Under the pieces are notes generated by a model, which made no database searches, was not told the origin of the DNA, and was given only the letters and a program-made list of their open reading frames with translations. Shown here piece after piece: positions 9,101 through 18,514 of a stretch of DNA of 64,000 nt. A program made the position numbers and the translations under genes. The DNA comes from an uncultured Solirubrobacteraceae bacterium (GTDB lineage Bacteria > Actinomycetota > Thermoleophilia > Solirubrobacterales > Solirubrobacteraceae). The stretch is taken from positions 10,619 to 74,618 of the forward strand of contig CAVXYO010000001.1 in NCBI GenBank assembly GCA_963766105.1, written 5' to 3'. Numbering within the stretch: position 1 is the first letter of the stretch; every line of letters starts with the position of its first letter.

Positions 9101-10051
9101 ATGCAGACGCTGCTCGTCAGCAGTGTGGGGGGCCATCTGACCCAGCTGCACCGGCTCGTCGGGGTGCTGGAGGGTATCGAGCGCCAGCGTCTGTGGGTGA
9201 CCTTCGACACGCCGCAGAGCCGCTCGATGCTCGCCGGCGAAGATGTGATCTTCCTCGACTACACCGGGCCGCGCGACGTTGCGAACATCCTGCGTCACAC
9301 GCGCACCGCAAGGCGGCTGTTCCGTGGCGAGCACCCGTTCTCGACGGTCGTCAGCACCGGGTCGGGGATCGCCCTGTCCTTCCTGCCGCTCGCGCGCCTG
9401 CGAGGGGCCTCCTGTCACTACATCGAGTCCTTCACGCGCACGACCGGCCCTTCGGCCACCGGCCGCGTCCTCAGCCACCTGCCCGGTATCGCCATGTACA
9501 CCCAGTATCCCGGCTGGGCCTCCTCGAACTGGACGCACGCGGGCTCGGTGTTCGACGTCTTCGCCGCGGAGGCGTCGCGCGAGCACGATCGTGAGATCCG
9601 CCGCGCGGTCGTCACGCTCGGGACGATGCGCGACTACTCGTTCCGCCGCCTGGTCGAGCGTGCGCTCGACGTCCTGCCGACACGCGCCGAGGTGCTGTGG
9701 CAGGTGGGCTGCACCGACGTCTCGGACCTGCCGATCAGCGCGCGCGTCGGCCTTCCCGCCGACGAGCTTCAGCAGGCGATGGCCGATGCCGATGTGGTCA
9801 TCGCGCACGCCGGGTGCGGCTCCGCCGTCGCCGCGCTGGAAGCCGGCAAAAAGCCGTTGCTCGTGCCGCGCCGTGCCGCGCACGCAGAGAACGTCGACGA
9901 TCACCAGACGCTCCTCGCGCAGGAGCTCGCGCGGCGCGGGCTGGCGGTCGTCTGCCCGGTCGACGAGCTGGGGGCCGACCACCTGCGAAGCGCAGCGCGC
10001 GGGAGCGTGCACGTCGCGCCGCGCTCGACGCCGTTTCGCCTGAGGGTCTGA
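9101..10051 (+). CDS. Fused Alg14/Alg13-like (CpsF/CpsG, PssD/PssE) glycosyltransferase
   Basis: N-half SSVGGHLTQL, STGSGIA, YIES..R...PSATG. C-half VTLGT..F.RL, ADVVIAHAG.GS, LVPR...ENVDDHQ. Confidence 0.88.
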   Translation: MQTLLVSSVGGHLTQLHRLVGVLEGIERQRLWVTFDTPQSRSMLAGEDVIFLDYTGPRDVANILRHTRTARRLFRGEHPFSTVVSTGSGIALSFLPLARLRGASCHYIESFTRTTGPSATGRVLSHLPGIAMYTQYPGWASSNWTHAGSVFDVFAAEASREHDREIRRAVVTLGTMRDYSFRRLVERALDVLPTRAEVLWQVGCTDVSDLPISARVGLPADELQQAMADADVVIAHAGCGSAVAALEAGKKPLLVPRRAAHAENVDDHQTLLAQELARRGLAVVCPVDELGADHLRSAARGSVHVAPRSTPFRLRV

Positions 10052-10055
10052 GCCG

Positions 10056-11738
10056 GTGGGGCGCGAGGCCGACGCCGGCGCAGGCAAGCCGGCCGAGATG
10101 AGCAGCACGGTGGGGGTGGTGCCGGCGATCGAGCTGCGCCGGCGCCCGGCCCTGTTCGGCGCGCTGAGCGCGGCGTTTCCCGTGCGCTTCGAGGCCAGGG
10201 ACAGGCTCGGCGAACTCGACGGCCTCGACGGCCAGCTCGTGTTCGGCGATCGGCATCCGAGCGAGCCCATGGCCGCGGCGCAGGTCGCAGACGGGTGTCC
10301 GCGCCTGGTCGTCGCGGCACCTGGAGGCCGGGCGAGCACCCGTGGCGCGCAGATCGAGTTCGGCGACGACGCGGATATCGCAAAGCCGCTGCGAGGGCGC
10401 ACGCTGACGGAGCTGGCGCTGAGCACTGCGGCGAGCGCACGTCCCAGCGGGCGCGACCGCGTGCTGGCGGTCTCGGGCGCGACGCCTCTGTGGTGGGCGT
10501 GCGCAGGTGCGGCCTGGTCGCAGTTCAGCGCCTGCACGCTGGACGAGCTGCGAGACGGGGAGACGCTGCGCGAGCGCCTCAGCGTCGGGCGCTTCATGGC
10601 GCTCGTCCCACTGATCCACTTCCTGCGGCAGGCCACCGCGGGCCTTGCATGGGAGCAGCAGCCGCTGCGGGCGTCGTTCGTGATCGACGACCCCAACCTT
10701 CACTGGCCGTCGTATGGATACCTCGACTACGCCGAGATGGTCGCGCACGCCGGCGAGCACGGCTATCACGTGGGGCTGGCGATGGTCCCGCTGGACGGCT
10801 GGCTGTGCAACCGGCGCGCCGCCTCGCTGGTCGAGCGCAACCCCGCGGCCGTCTCATTGCTGATGCACGGCAACGACCACCTCGCCCGCGAGCTCGGCGC
10901 CCTGCGCGACGACCGCCGTGCCGAGGCTGTGCTCGCCCAGGCGCTGCGCCGCACGCACGCGTTCGAGCGACGCTCGGGCTTGGACGTGCAGCGCGTGATG
11001 GTGCCTCCGCACGAGGCCTGCTCTGCGAAGGCCCTGAAAGCCATGGCGCGGCTCGGATTCGACGCGGCGTGCATCGGGCGGGCACGTCCGTGGGGCGAGC
11101 GCGAGCGGCCGTCGCCGCCCAGCCGGCCGCTGGCGAGGTGGGGTCCGGCGGACATGGTCGACGGCGTCCTGCCCGTCCTCCCGCGCTATTTGATCGATCG
11201 CCCGCGCGAGGAGCTCGTACTGCGCGCGCTGCTCGGACAGCCGCTGATCCTGTTCGGCCATCACTGGGACTTCGCCGACGGCCTGGAGCCGCTCGCCGAG
11301 GCCGCCGGCTTCATCGACGGCCTCGGCGACGTGCGCTGGGAAGCGGTCGGCCAGATCGCGCGCCGCGGCTTTCGCGTGAGACGCGACGGCGAGGCGCTGC
11401 ACGTGCAGACGCACGCGCGCCGTGTGAACGTCGAGGTGCCCGAGGGAGTGCGCGCGGTGCACGTCGTGGCCGGCGAGGGCTGGGGCACGCGCCCGGCGCA
11501 GCTGCGCGCGCGCCAAGGCGGCCGTGCAAACGCCGTGCAGCCGGATCGCGACGGCGCGTTCGCAGCGCTGGAGGTCGTGCCGGGGGGACGCTTGGAGCTG
11601 GAGCTTCTGCCGCTGCGCCCCGTCGACCCTGCGGCGGTCGCGCCGGCGCGCACGGCGGCGTGGCCGATCGGCAGGCGCGCGCTGGTGGAGCTGCGCGACA
11701 GGATGCGGCCGCTGACCGGCCGCAAGTTCGCGGCTTAG
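10056..11738 (+). CDS. Hypothetical protein with a divergent polysaccharide-deacetylase (CE4/NodB-like) domain
   Basis: FVIDDP, LMHGNDH and MVPPHE resemble CE4 metal-binding and catalytic motifs. The start may instead be ATG 10098. Confidence 0.6.
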   Translation: MGREADAGAGKPAEMSSTVGVVPAIELRRRPALFGALSAAFPVRFEARDRLGELDGLDGQLVFGDRHPSEPMAAAQVADGCPRLVVAAPGGRASTRGAQIEFGDDADIAKPLRGRTLTELALSTAASARPSGRDRVLAVSGATPLWWACAGAAWSQFSACTLDELRDGETLRERLSVGRFMALVPLIHFLRQATAGLAWEQQPLRASFVIDDPNLHWPSYGYLDYAEMVAHAGEHGYHVGLAMVPLDGWLCNRRAASLVERNPAAVSLLMHGNDHLARELGALRDDRRAEAVLAQALRRTHAFERRSGLDVQRVMVPPHEACSAKALKAMARLGFDAACIGRARPWGERERPSPPSRPLARWGPADMVDGVLPVLPRYLIDRPREELVLRALLGQPLILFGHHWDFADGLEPLAEAAGFIDGLGDVRWEAVGQIARRGFRVRRDGEALHVQTHARRVNVEVPEGVRAVHVVAGEGWGTRPAQLRARQGGRANAVQPDRDGAFAALEVVPGGRLELELLPLRPVDPAAVAPARTAAWPIGRRALVELRDRMRPLTGRKFAA

Positions 11739-11792
11739 GGCAGCGTTCAATGGGCGTGCAAGGCATTTCCGAAGCCGCATAGGTCGCTGGGC

Positions 11793-13709
11793 ATGTGTGG
11801 GATCTGCGGACTGGCGGGCCGTGCGGTCGATCGACCGCCGCTGCAGCTCGCGCCGCTGCGCGCGATGACGGCGGCGATCGAGCACCGCGGGCCCGACGAG
11901 GACGGTCATCACCTCGGCCCCGGCGTGGCAATCGGCATGCGCCGTCTGAGCGTCATCGACCTGGCGTGCAGCCACCAGCCGCTGTGCAACGAGCGCGGCG
12001 ACGTGTGGACTGTGTTCAACGGCGAGATCTTCAACTTCGCAGAGCTGCGCCGCGAGCTGCAGGACCGCGGGCACCGTCTGCGCAGCGCCGGCGACACGGA
12101 GACGATCGTGCACCTGTACGAGGAGCACGGCGATCGCTTCGCCACGCGCCTGCGCGGGATGTTCGCGATCGCGGTGTGGGACGCGGTCCACAGGCGGCTC
12201 GTGCTCAGCCGCGATCGCATGGGCGTCAAGCCGCTGTACTACGCGATCACGCCCCGCGGGCTGGCGTTCGCGTCGGAGGTCAAGTCGCTGCTCGCGGGCG
12301 GCCTGGTTCGCGCGCAGCTGGACCCGTTCGCCGCCGAGCTGTTCCTCGCCTACGGCTACGTCCCCGGGCCGCGGACGCTGTTCGCGGGCGTGAGAAAGCT
12401 CGCCCCCGCGACGACGATGGTCTGGGAGAACGGCTCGCTCGCCCGCGAATACGAGTACTGGACTCCGTGGGATGACCCGCCGGCGACGGGCGGGTCCTGG
12501 CAGGAGGACGAGGAGATCCTGCAGGGCCTGCTGCGCAAGTCCGTGGGCGACCGCATGGTCAGCGACGTGCCGCTGGGTGTGATGCTGAGCGGAGGGCTCG
12601 ACTCGAGCCTGATCACCGCCTTGATGGCAGAGCAGAGCAGCGCGGCGGTGAAGACGTTCTCCGTCGGCTTCACCGAGGACGCGCAGGCCAACGAGCTGGC
12701 CGATGCGCGTGCCGTGGCGCAGCGCTTGGGCACCGACCATCACGAGCTGCTTACCAGCGCCTCCGATCACCCGTCGCTGATCGAGCACGCCCTCTGGCAT
12801 CTGGAGGAGCCCGTCGTCGACCTGTCCTTCCTCGGCTTTCTGCTGTTGAGCCGCTTGGCGCGCGAGCACGTGACGGTCGCCCTCAGCGGCCAGGCGGCGG
12901 ACGAGCTGCTCGGCGGCTACTCCAAGCATGCGATCGCACACGCGGCAGATCGGCTCGCACGACTGCCTGGCGCGCGCCACGGCGCCGCGGCCGCCGGCCG
13001 CGGCCTGTCGCAGGCGTCCAGGGTCGGGCGTGGACTGCGTGCGCTGGGCGCCGAGGACGATGCCGAGCGGATGTTCGAGATGAGCCGCGTGATCCTCGAG
13101 GGGCAGCGCCGCGCGCTGTTGAGTCGCGAGTTCCGCGCCACTCACGATCCGTCGCGGCTGCGAGACCCGATCCGCGCGCGAGCCAGCGGGCGTTCGGCGA
13201 GCGTGCTGTGCGAGACGCTTCACCTGGACAGCAAGCTCGCGCTCGTCGACCTGATGTTCCTGTACTTCGACAAGATGTCGATGGCGACGTCGCTGGAGGT
13301 GCGGGTGCCGTTCGCGGATCACGACGTGGTCGCCTTCTGCATGGCGCTGCCCGACGACCGCCGCATCCACCGCGGCCGGCGCAAGGAGCTGCTGCGCCGC
13401 GCCAGCCGCGGCCTGGTCGACGAGGCGACGATCGACAAGAAGAAGCGTGGCTTCTTCCGCGCGGCCTCGTCGACCTGGCTGAGCACCCATCGCGACGGCC
13501 TGGTGCGCGATGTCCTGCTCGACCCCGCCGCACGTGCACGCGGCATCTTCGACCCGAAGGCGGTCGAGCGCCTGGTCGATGCGCCGATCGGCGGCGGGCG
13601 CTCGGGCGAGCCGCTGCTCGCCGTCCTGCTGCTGGAGCTCTGGCACCGGCAGTTCGTCGACGCCCCCGGCGCGGACGTGCGCCCTTTGGCGGCGGTAGCC
13701 GGGGCGTGA
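11793..13709 (+). CDS. asnB: Glutamine-hydrolysing asparagine synthase family amidotransferase
   Basis: N-terminal MCGICG, HRGPD, RRLSVID, FNGEIFN, LSGGLDSS, LSGQAADELLGGY, SLEVRVPF. Confidence 0.93.
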   Translation: MCGICGLAGRAVDRPPLQLAPLRAMTAAIEHRGPDEDGHHLGPGVAIGMRRLSVIDLACSHQPLCNERGDVWTVFNGEIFNFAELRRELQDRGHRLRSAGDTETIVHLYEEHGDRFATRLRGMFAIAVWDAVHRRLVLSRDRMGVKPLYYAITPRGLAFASEVKSLLAGGLVRAQLDPFAAELFLAYGYVPGPRTLFAGVRKLAPATTMVWENGSLAREYEYWTPWDDPPATGGSWQEDEEILQGLLRKSVGDRMVSDVPLGVMLSGGLDSSLITALMAEQSSAAVKTFSVGFTEDAQANELADARAVAQRLGTDHHELLTSASDHPSLIEHALWHLEEPVVDLSFLGFLLLSRLAREHVTVALSGQAADELLGGYSKHAIAHAADRLARLPGARHGAAAAGRGLSQASRVGRGLRALGAEDDAERMFEMSRVILEGQRRALLSREFRATHDPSRLRDPIRARASGRSASVLCETLHLDSKLALVDLMFLYFDKMSMATSLEVRVPFADHDVVAFCMALPDDRRIHRGRRKELLRRASRGLVDEATIDKKKRGFFRAASSTWLSTHRDGLVRDVLLDPAARARGIFDPKAVERLVDAPIGGGRSGEPLLAVLLLELWHRQFVDAPGADVRPLAAVAGA

Positions 13710-14776
13710 TGGCTGCCGCGTGCGCTGTGCCACGCAGCGGCGAAGGGGCGGCCGTGCGGCGCATCGTCCATCACTTCGGCCCCGACCCCGCCTACGCGGG
13801 CGGGATGGGCAGCGTCATCCGGGTGCTCGGCGAGCACGACGTGGGCGGGCGCAGCGTCGAGAGCCGCCCCACGTGGCGACCGCGCTCGCGCTTGGCGAGC
13901 GTCCCGCTGGCGCTGCGCGCCGCCCTGGCGATCCCGTCCATCGGTCGCGACGAGATCGTGCACGTGCACCTCGCGGAAAACGGCGCGTTCGTGCGCGAGG
14001 GGGCAATCGTCGCGTTCGCGAGACTGCTCGGCCGGGTCACCGTCGTGACGATCCACGGCGCGGACTTCCTGGCGTTCGCGAGCGCACACCGGAGGCTTGC
14101 GGGCAGCGTGCTGCGCCGCGCGCACCTCGTCACGTGCCTGGATGCCGGCGTGCTGGAGGCGGTCCGCTCGCTTGCGCCACGGTCGGGCGTCGAGCTGCTC
14201 GCCAACCCGGTCGCGATGGACGACCGCTCGCCGCCGGCCGACGCGACCGAGGAGCTCGTTCTGTTCGCCGGGGAGATCGGCACGCGCAAGGGTGCGGACG
14301 TGCTCTGCGACGCGTGGCGGCTGGTCAGCGAGTCGCACCCGAACGCTCGCTGCATCATGGTCGGTCCGGTACGCGACTTCGCCGTGCCCGCGCTCGAGCG
14401 CCTGGAGGTACGCAGGCCGGTCGGCGCTCAGGCGATGGCCGAGCTCGTGCGCCGCGCGCGCGTCGTCGCGCTGCCGTCGCGCTCGGAGGGGATGCCGATG
14501 ATCCTGACCGAGGCGATGGCCGCCGGGCGCCCGTTCGTGAGCACCGCGGTCGGCGCGATACCCGCGCTCGCGGGCGAGGGAGGCGGCACGCTCGTGCCGG
14601 TCGGCGACCACGTCGAGCTCGCGCGGTGCCTGGGCGCCTTCCTCGGCGACAGCGCGCTCGCGGCGGCGGCCGGCGAGCGTGGCCGGCGCTGGTGCCGGCA
14701 AACGCGCAGCGTCGAGGTGATCGACGTTCGCCTCGGCGAGCTTTATGCCGACGCGGCGCGGGCGGCGGCGCGATGA
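13709..14776 (+). CDS. Glycosyltransferase family 4
   Basis: FAGEIGTRKG, LPSRSEGMPMILTEAMAAGRPFVST (EX7E motif). Confidence 0.9.
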   Translation: MAAACAVPRSGEGAAVRRIVHHFGPDPAYAGGMGSVIRVLGEHDVGGRSVESRPTWRPRSRLASVPLALRAALAIPSIGRDEIVHVHLAENGAFVREGAIVAFARLLGRVTVVTIHGADFLAFASAHRRLAGSVLRRAHLVTCLDAGVLEAVRSLAPRSGVELLANPVAMDDRSPPADATEELVLFAGEIGTRKGADVLCDAWRLVSESHPNARCIMVGPVRDFAVPALERLEVRRPVGAQAMAELVRRARVVALPSRSEGMPMILTEAMAAGRPFVSTAVGAIPALAGEGGGTLVPVGDHVELARCLGAFLGDSALAAAAGERGRRWCRQTRSVEVIDVRLGELYADAARAAAR

Positions 14777-15966
14777 GCCGCACAGCTTCAGCGGCCGGCT
14801 CGCCCCGCCGGATCGCGCTCGTGCTGTGGAACGGCGACGTGGGCGGCGCCGAGGTGCTGACCGCTTCGCTTGCCAAGCACATGCGCTTGCAAGGCGTCGA
14901 TGCGAGCGTCGTGTTCGTCGGCCGCGGCGAGCCGCTGGCCACACGACTGCGTGACAGTGCCATCCCGTACCGCGCTCTCGGCTTCGCGCGCGGGCGCGAG
15001 ATCCTCCGCCACCCCCGCGCCTACGCGGCGGCGGTCGCGCGCGCCGGGCGCGACGGAGCGGTGCTCGTCGAGAGCGGGTTCATGGGCGCGGCGTTGCGCG
15101 CGGGCGGCTACGGCGCCACGATCGTCGCCGCCGAGCACGGCGCGATCCTCGAGCTGCCCGGATACCGGCGGCGGCGGCGAGCGTCGTGGTGGCTCTCGCG
15201 ACTGGGCGGCGCGTGGGCCGACGACGTCGAGGTGGCAGTGTCGGACTTCATCCTGCAGCGCATGCAGCGCCACCCTCACGCTTCCCGCGCACTGTGCATC
15301 TACAACGGCATCGACACGCAGCGGTTCTCCACAGCCGAGCCGGGCGATCCCCCCCGCGCGCGGGAAGGCGAGTGCGTGGTGGGATTCGCCGGCCGGCTCA
15401 TTCACGGCAAGGGGCACGACCACCTGATCCAGGCGCTGGCTCGTGCGAGGTCCTCGCGGCCGCTGCACGTGCGGATCGCCGGGGAAGGACCGCAGCGAGC
15501 GCGCCTACGAGCGCTCGCGCGCTCGCTGCGCGTCGAGGATCGCGTCGAGCTCGTGGGCCTGACGCACGACATGCCGGCCTTCTGGCGCAGCGTCGACGTC
15601 GCCGTCGTCCCGTCGGCCGAGTTCACCGAGGCGTGCCCGATGACACCGCTGGAGGCGATGGCGGCCGGCAAGCCGGTCGTCGCGACGCGCAACGGCGGCC
15701 TCCCCGAGATCGTCCTCGACGGCGTGACCGGGCGGCTCGTCGCGCCGGGCGACCCGCAGGCGCTCGCACAAGCGCTCGTGCATTACGCCGAGAACGAGCA
15801 GTCGGCCGCGCGTCACGGCGCGGCCGGCCGCACGCGAATCGAGCAGTGCTTCGACATCGGGCGCTGCGCCCGCGCGTATCTGGACCTGCTCGGCCACGAG
15901 GCCGGACAGGGCGTGTCGGCGAAGGTCAGCGCTCCGGCCCGTCAAGCCACGGGATCTCTCGGTTGA
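14773..15966 (+). CDS. Glycosyltransferase family 4
   Basis: IYNGID, FAGRLIHGKG, PSAEFTEACPMTPLEAMAAGKPVVAT..GG.PEIV.DG.TG. Confidence 0.92.
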   Translation: MSRTASAAGSPRRIALVLWNGDVGGAEVLTASLAKHMRLQGVDASVVFVGRGEPLATRLRDSAIPYRALGFARGREILRHPRAYAAAVARAGRDGAVLVESGFMGAALRAGGYGATIVAAEHGAILELPGYRRRRRASWWLSRLGGAWADDVEVAVSDFILQRMQRHPHASRALCIYNGIDTQRFSTAEPGDPPRAREGECVVGFAGRLIHGKGHDHLIQALARARSSRPLHVRIAGEGPQRARLRALARSLRVEDRVELVGLTHDMPAFWRSVDVAVVPSAEFTEACPMTPLEAMAAGKPVVATRNGGLPEIVLDGVTGRLVAPGDPQALAQALVHYAENEQSAARHGAAGRTRIEQCFDIGRCARAYLDLLGHEAGQGVSAKVSAPARQATGSLG

Positions 15967-18499
15967 GCATCGCGGCGAGCGCTTCGCCGTCCGGGCGGAA
16001 GTGCTCGCGAAGCTTCGCGAAGGCCGCCTCGGGAACGTCGTCGGGAGCTTCGCCGCGCCGCGCGTTCCACATTTCCACGCGGTAGTTCGCCACGTTGTAG
16101 GAGCGGTCCAGCGTGGCCCGCACGCCGCCCGGCAGGGCGTGCCAGAGGCCACGAACGGCGGTCGTCTGCGCGAGCCGTTCCTGCCAGGTGACGAGGTTGA
16201 GCCCGGGTATCCGCTGCTCGACCGCCGCAGCGCGATAGCGCGTGTCGATGTTCGGCGGCACGAAATCCGCGTCGACGCCGATGAAGCGAAAGACGCCGGC
16301 GAGCGTCTCGGCCGGGCGGTCGCGCAGCTCCTCGGAGAAGAGCACCTCGAGCTGCTCGTCTGCGAAGACGCGCAGGAACCCGCCGAGCAGGCGCGCGTAT
16401 TCGCCGTTGACGACGTATCCGTTAACTCTGGTGCGCACCAGGCGTGCCTGCTCGAGCGCCGCCGGCTCGATCAGCTCGTCGACCGCCTGCTCGAAGGAGC
16501 GCGACTCCACTTTGCCGAGCGCCATCATCCGGTAGTGCGAGTACGCGCGCTCGACGGGGTCGCGCAGGACGCACAGCAGCCTGACGCCGGGAAACGCCTC
16601 GCGAATGCGGCGGGGTATCTCCTCCTCCAGAGCTGTTCTGTCAGGCGAGGCGAGGCCCAGGCGCGCCTCGGAACCGACGTCGCGGTAGGGGACGCCGCTC
16701 ATGTACTCGGTCGTCGCCTCGCCCCACACCGTGCCGGGCGCGGCATCTCGCGAGACGGTCTGCAGATACCAGTCGACCCCGCGACGGTAGTTGCGATCGA
16801 TGTTGAAGAAGTAGAGCTCCTTCTCGGCGGGCAGGTGCAGCTGGGGATGTACGCGCATGTACTCGAACAGCGAGGTGGTGCCCGCCTTCGGCGCGCCGAC
16901 GATCAGAAAGCCCAGGCCGTCGCGCGCGGGCGGCCGCGGAGCAGCGATTTCGGGCGCGGCGCCGGCGGCGCCCCCGCCCCCGCTGCCGGCGTGCGCGTAC
17001 GTCGCCGTCAGGACATTCGCTCCGGCGCGCGCCCGGGCGGGGGCAGGCATGGCGCCGAGCGCGACGCCGGCCCAGCTCCACAGCAGCAGCAGCGAGAAGG
17101 CCTGTTCGTGGGGGTCGACGAATGCGACGACCAGGTAGAAGACCGCGAGCGCCAGCAGCGAGAGTTTCCACATCGGCAGGTCGCCCGAGGCCGGCGAGAG
17201 GATCGCGCCGCCGACGCCGCAGAGCAGCACGGCGAGCCAGAGCAGCGCGCCGACCAGCCCCAGTTCGACGGCGAAGGCCAGGTAGGTGTTGTGCAGCGGC
17301 AGCGGCGGCACGGCTGTCCCCACGGCTTCGCTGAGCACGTAGCCGTTCTGTGGGTAGCCGGCCGACTGGCGGAAGTAGGCGAGGCTGTCGCGCTTGTAGC
17401 GTTCCCAGCCGAAGCCTACGAGCGGCCGGGCGGCGACCATGCGCAGCCCGGCGGATGTCTGGTTCTGACGCGCCCACACGCTGTTCTCGTTGTTCACGCG
17501 GTTGGAGGTTTTGTGCGAGAGCGCCGGCGACAGCAGCAGCGCCCCGCCGATCGCCAGCGCGCACGCGACCGCCGCGGGCACGAGCAGCCGGCGCCCGCGG
17601 CGGGTAGCCAGGGCGGCGGCGGCGGTGGCGAGGATCGCGGCGATCCACACCCCGCGCTCGAGCGTGACGAAGCAGCCGAAGACGCACACGACAGCGACGA
17701 TCCCCGCCAACACGCGCGCGCCGCGTCGTCGCCAGTGCGTGAGCGCGATCGCGGCGGCGACCGCGCATGCGTACGTCGCGAACCCCTCCACGACCGAGCT
17801 CTGAAAGGGGCCGCCCGCGCGTTCGTCGGGCAGTTCGGCGTCGACTCGGACGATGTAGTGGGGGAACACCAGGCCGTGCGGGCCGAGCGACTCGAAGATC
17901 GCCGTCAGCCCGAGGTAGCCGCCGAGCGCGACGAGCGTCACGAGCAAGAGCTCGCGCTCGCGCTCGCCCGAGAACACCGCGGGCGCCAGCAGGAAGGCGA
18001 GGTAGGGCGCGACGCCGAACATGTCGACGAGGGGCAGGAAGCCGCTCTGCAGCGTCCCGGAGGCGGCCGCCGACACCAGGACGTAGATCACCGCCAGCGC
18101 CATCAGCAGGTGCACGTTGCCGATGCGCAGGCGCGGCGAGTGCGCGACGCCGGGCGCGCGCAGCAGGAACTGCAACAGCACGACGAGCAGCAGCAGCCGG
18201 TCCAGGGGCAGGCCTCCGAGCCCGATCTGAAACCACGCCCCCGAGAAGATCGAGAGGACGATCGCGGCGCACATGTTGACCGCAGGGTTCAGCTCCCACA
18301 ACCGCCGCACGAGCAGTATGCCCAGGCAGATGCAGATCGGCGTGACGATCAGCCAGTGCCCGCGAAGGCGCTGTGGCGCCGCCGCGTAGACGAGCAGCAG
18401 CGCGGGTATCGCCAGCGCGGCCCAGGCCCGCCCGGGGGGACGCCACACGGCGCGTGGGGGCGCTTGCAAGCCGTACGCCGCGAGCGCTTGCGCCCTCAA
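15926..18499 (-). CDS. O-antigen ligase/Wzy polymerase-family membrane protein fused to a C-terminal sulfotransferase
   Basis: N-terminal ~480 aa multi-TM region with ERGVWIA, M...P.VGFG and HNTYL..AVELG.VG. Ala/Gly/Pro linker. Then FLIVGAPKAGTTSL, KELYFF, RDPVERAYSHY. Confidence 0.82.
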   Translation of the reverse strand: MRAQALAAYGLQAPPRAVWRPPGRAWAALAIPALLLVYAAAPQRLRGHWLIVTPICICLGILLVRRLWELNPAVNMCAAIVLSIFSGAWFQIGLGGLPLDRLLLLVVLLQFLLRAPGVAHSPRLRIGNVHLLMALAVIYVLVSAAASGTLQSGFLPLVDMFGVAPYLAFLLAPAVFSGERERELLLVTLVALGGYLGLTAIFESLGPHGLVFPHYIVRVDAELPDERAGGPFQSSVVEGFATYACAVAAAIALTHWRRRGARVLAGIVAVVCVFGCFVTLERGVWIAAILATAAAALATRRGRRLLVPAAVACALAIGGALLLSPALSHKTSNRVNNENSVWARQNQTSAGLRMVAARPLVGFGWERYKRDSLAYFRQSAGYPQNGYVLSEAVGTAVPPLPLHNTYLAFAVELGLVGALLWLAVLLCGVGGAILSPASGDLPMWKLSLLALAVFYLVVAFVDPHEQAFSLLLLWSWAGVALGAMPAPARARAGANVLTATYAHAGSGGGGAAGAAPEIAAPRPPARDGLGFLIVGAPKAGTTSLFEYMRVHPQLHLPAEKELYFFNIDRNYRRGVDWYLQTVSRDAAPGTVWGEATTEYMSGVPYRDVGSEARLGLASPDRTALEEEIPRRIREAFPGVRLLCVLRDPVERAYSHYRMMALGKVESRSFEQAVDELIEPAALEQARLVRTRVNGYVVNGEYARLLGGFLRVFADEQLEVLFSEELRDRPAETLAGVFRFIGVDADFVPPNIDTRYRAAAVEQRIPGLNLVTWQERLAQTTAVRGLWHALPGGVRATLDRSYNVANYRVEMWNARRGEAPDDVPEAAFAKLREHFRPDGEALAAMLNREIPWLDGPER

Positions 18500-18514
18500 G
18501 CTTGCGCCCTCAAG
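18487..18514. repeat. 14-bp tandem direct repeat at a gene junction
   Basis: CTTGCGCCCTCAAG twice (18487-18500 and 18501-18514), between the Wzz-like stop and the ligase TTG start. Confidence 0.85.

Noticed and set aside
7918-13709. Lasso peptide cluster (AsnB-like cyclase plus nucleotidyltransferase plus sulfotransferase)
   Set aside because: The AsnB keeps a full N-terminal Cys-GATase domain, unlike lasso cyclases. No PqqD/RRE, B2 peptidase or precursor ORF is visible, and all neighbours are glycan genes.
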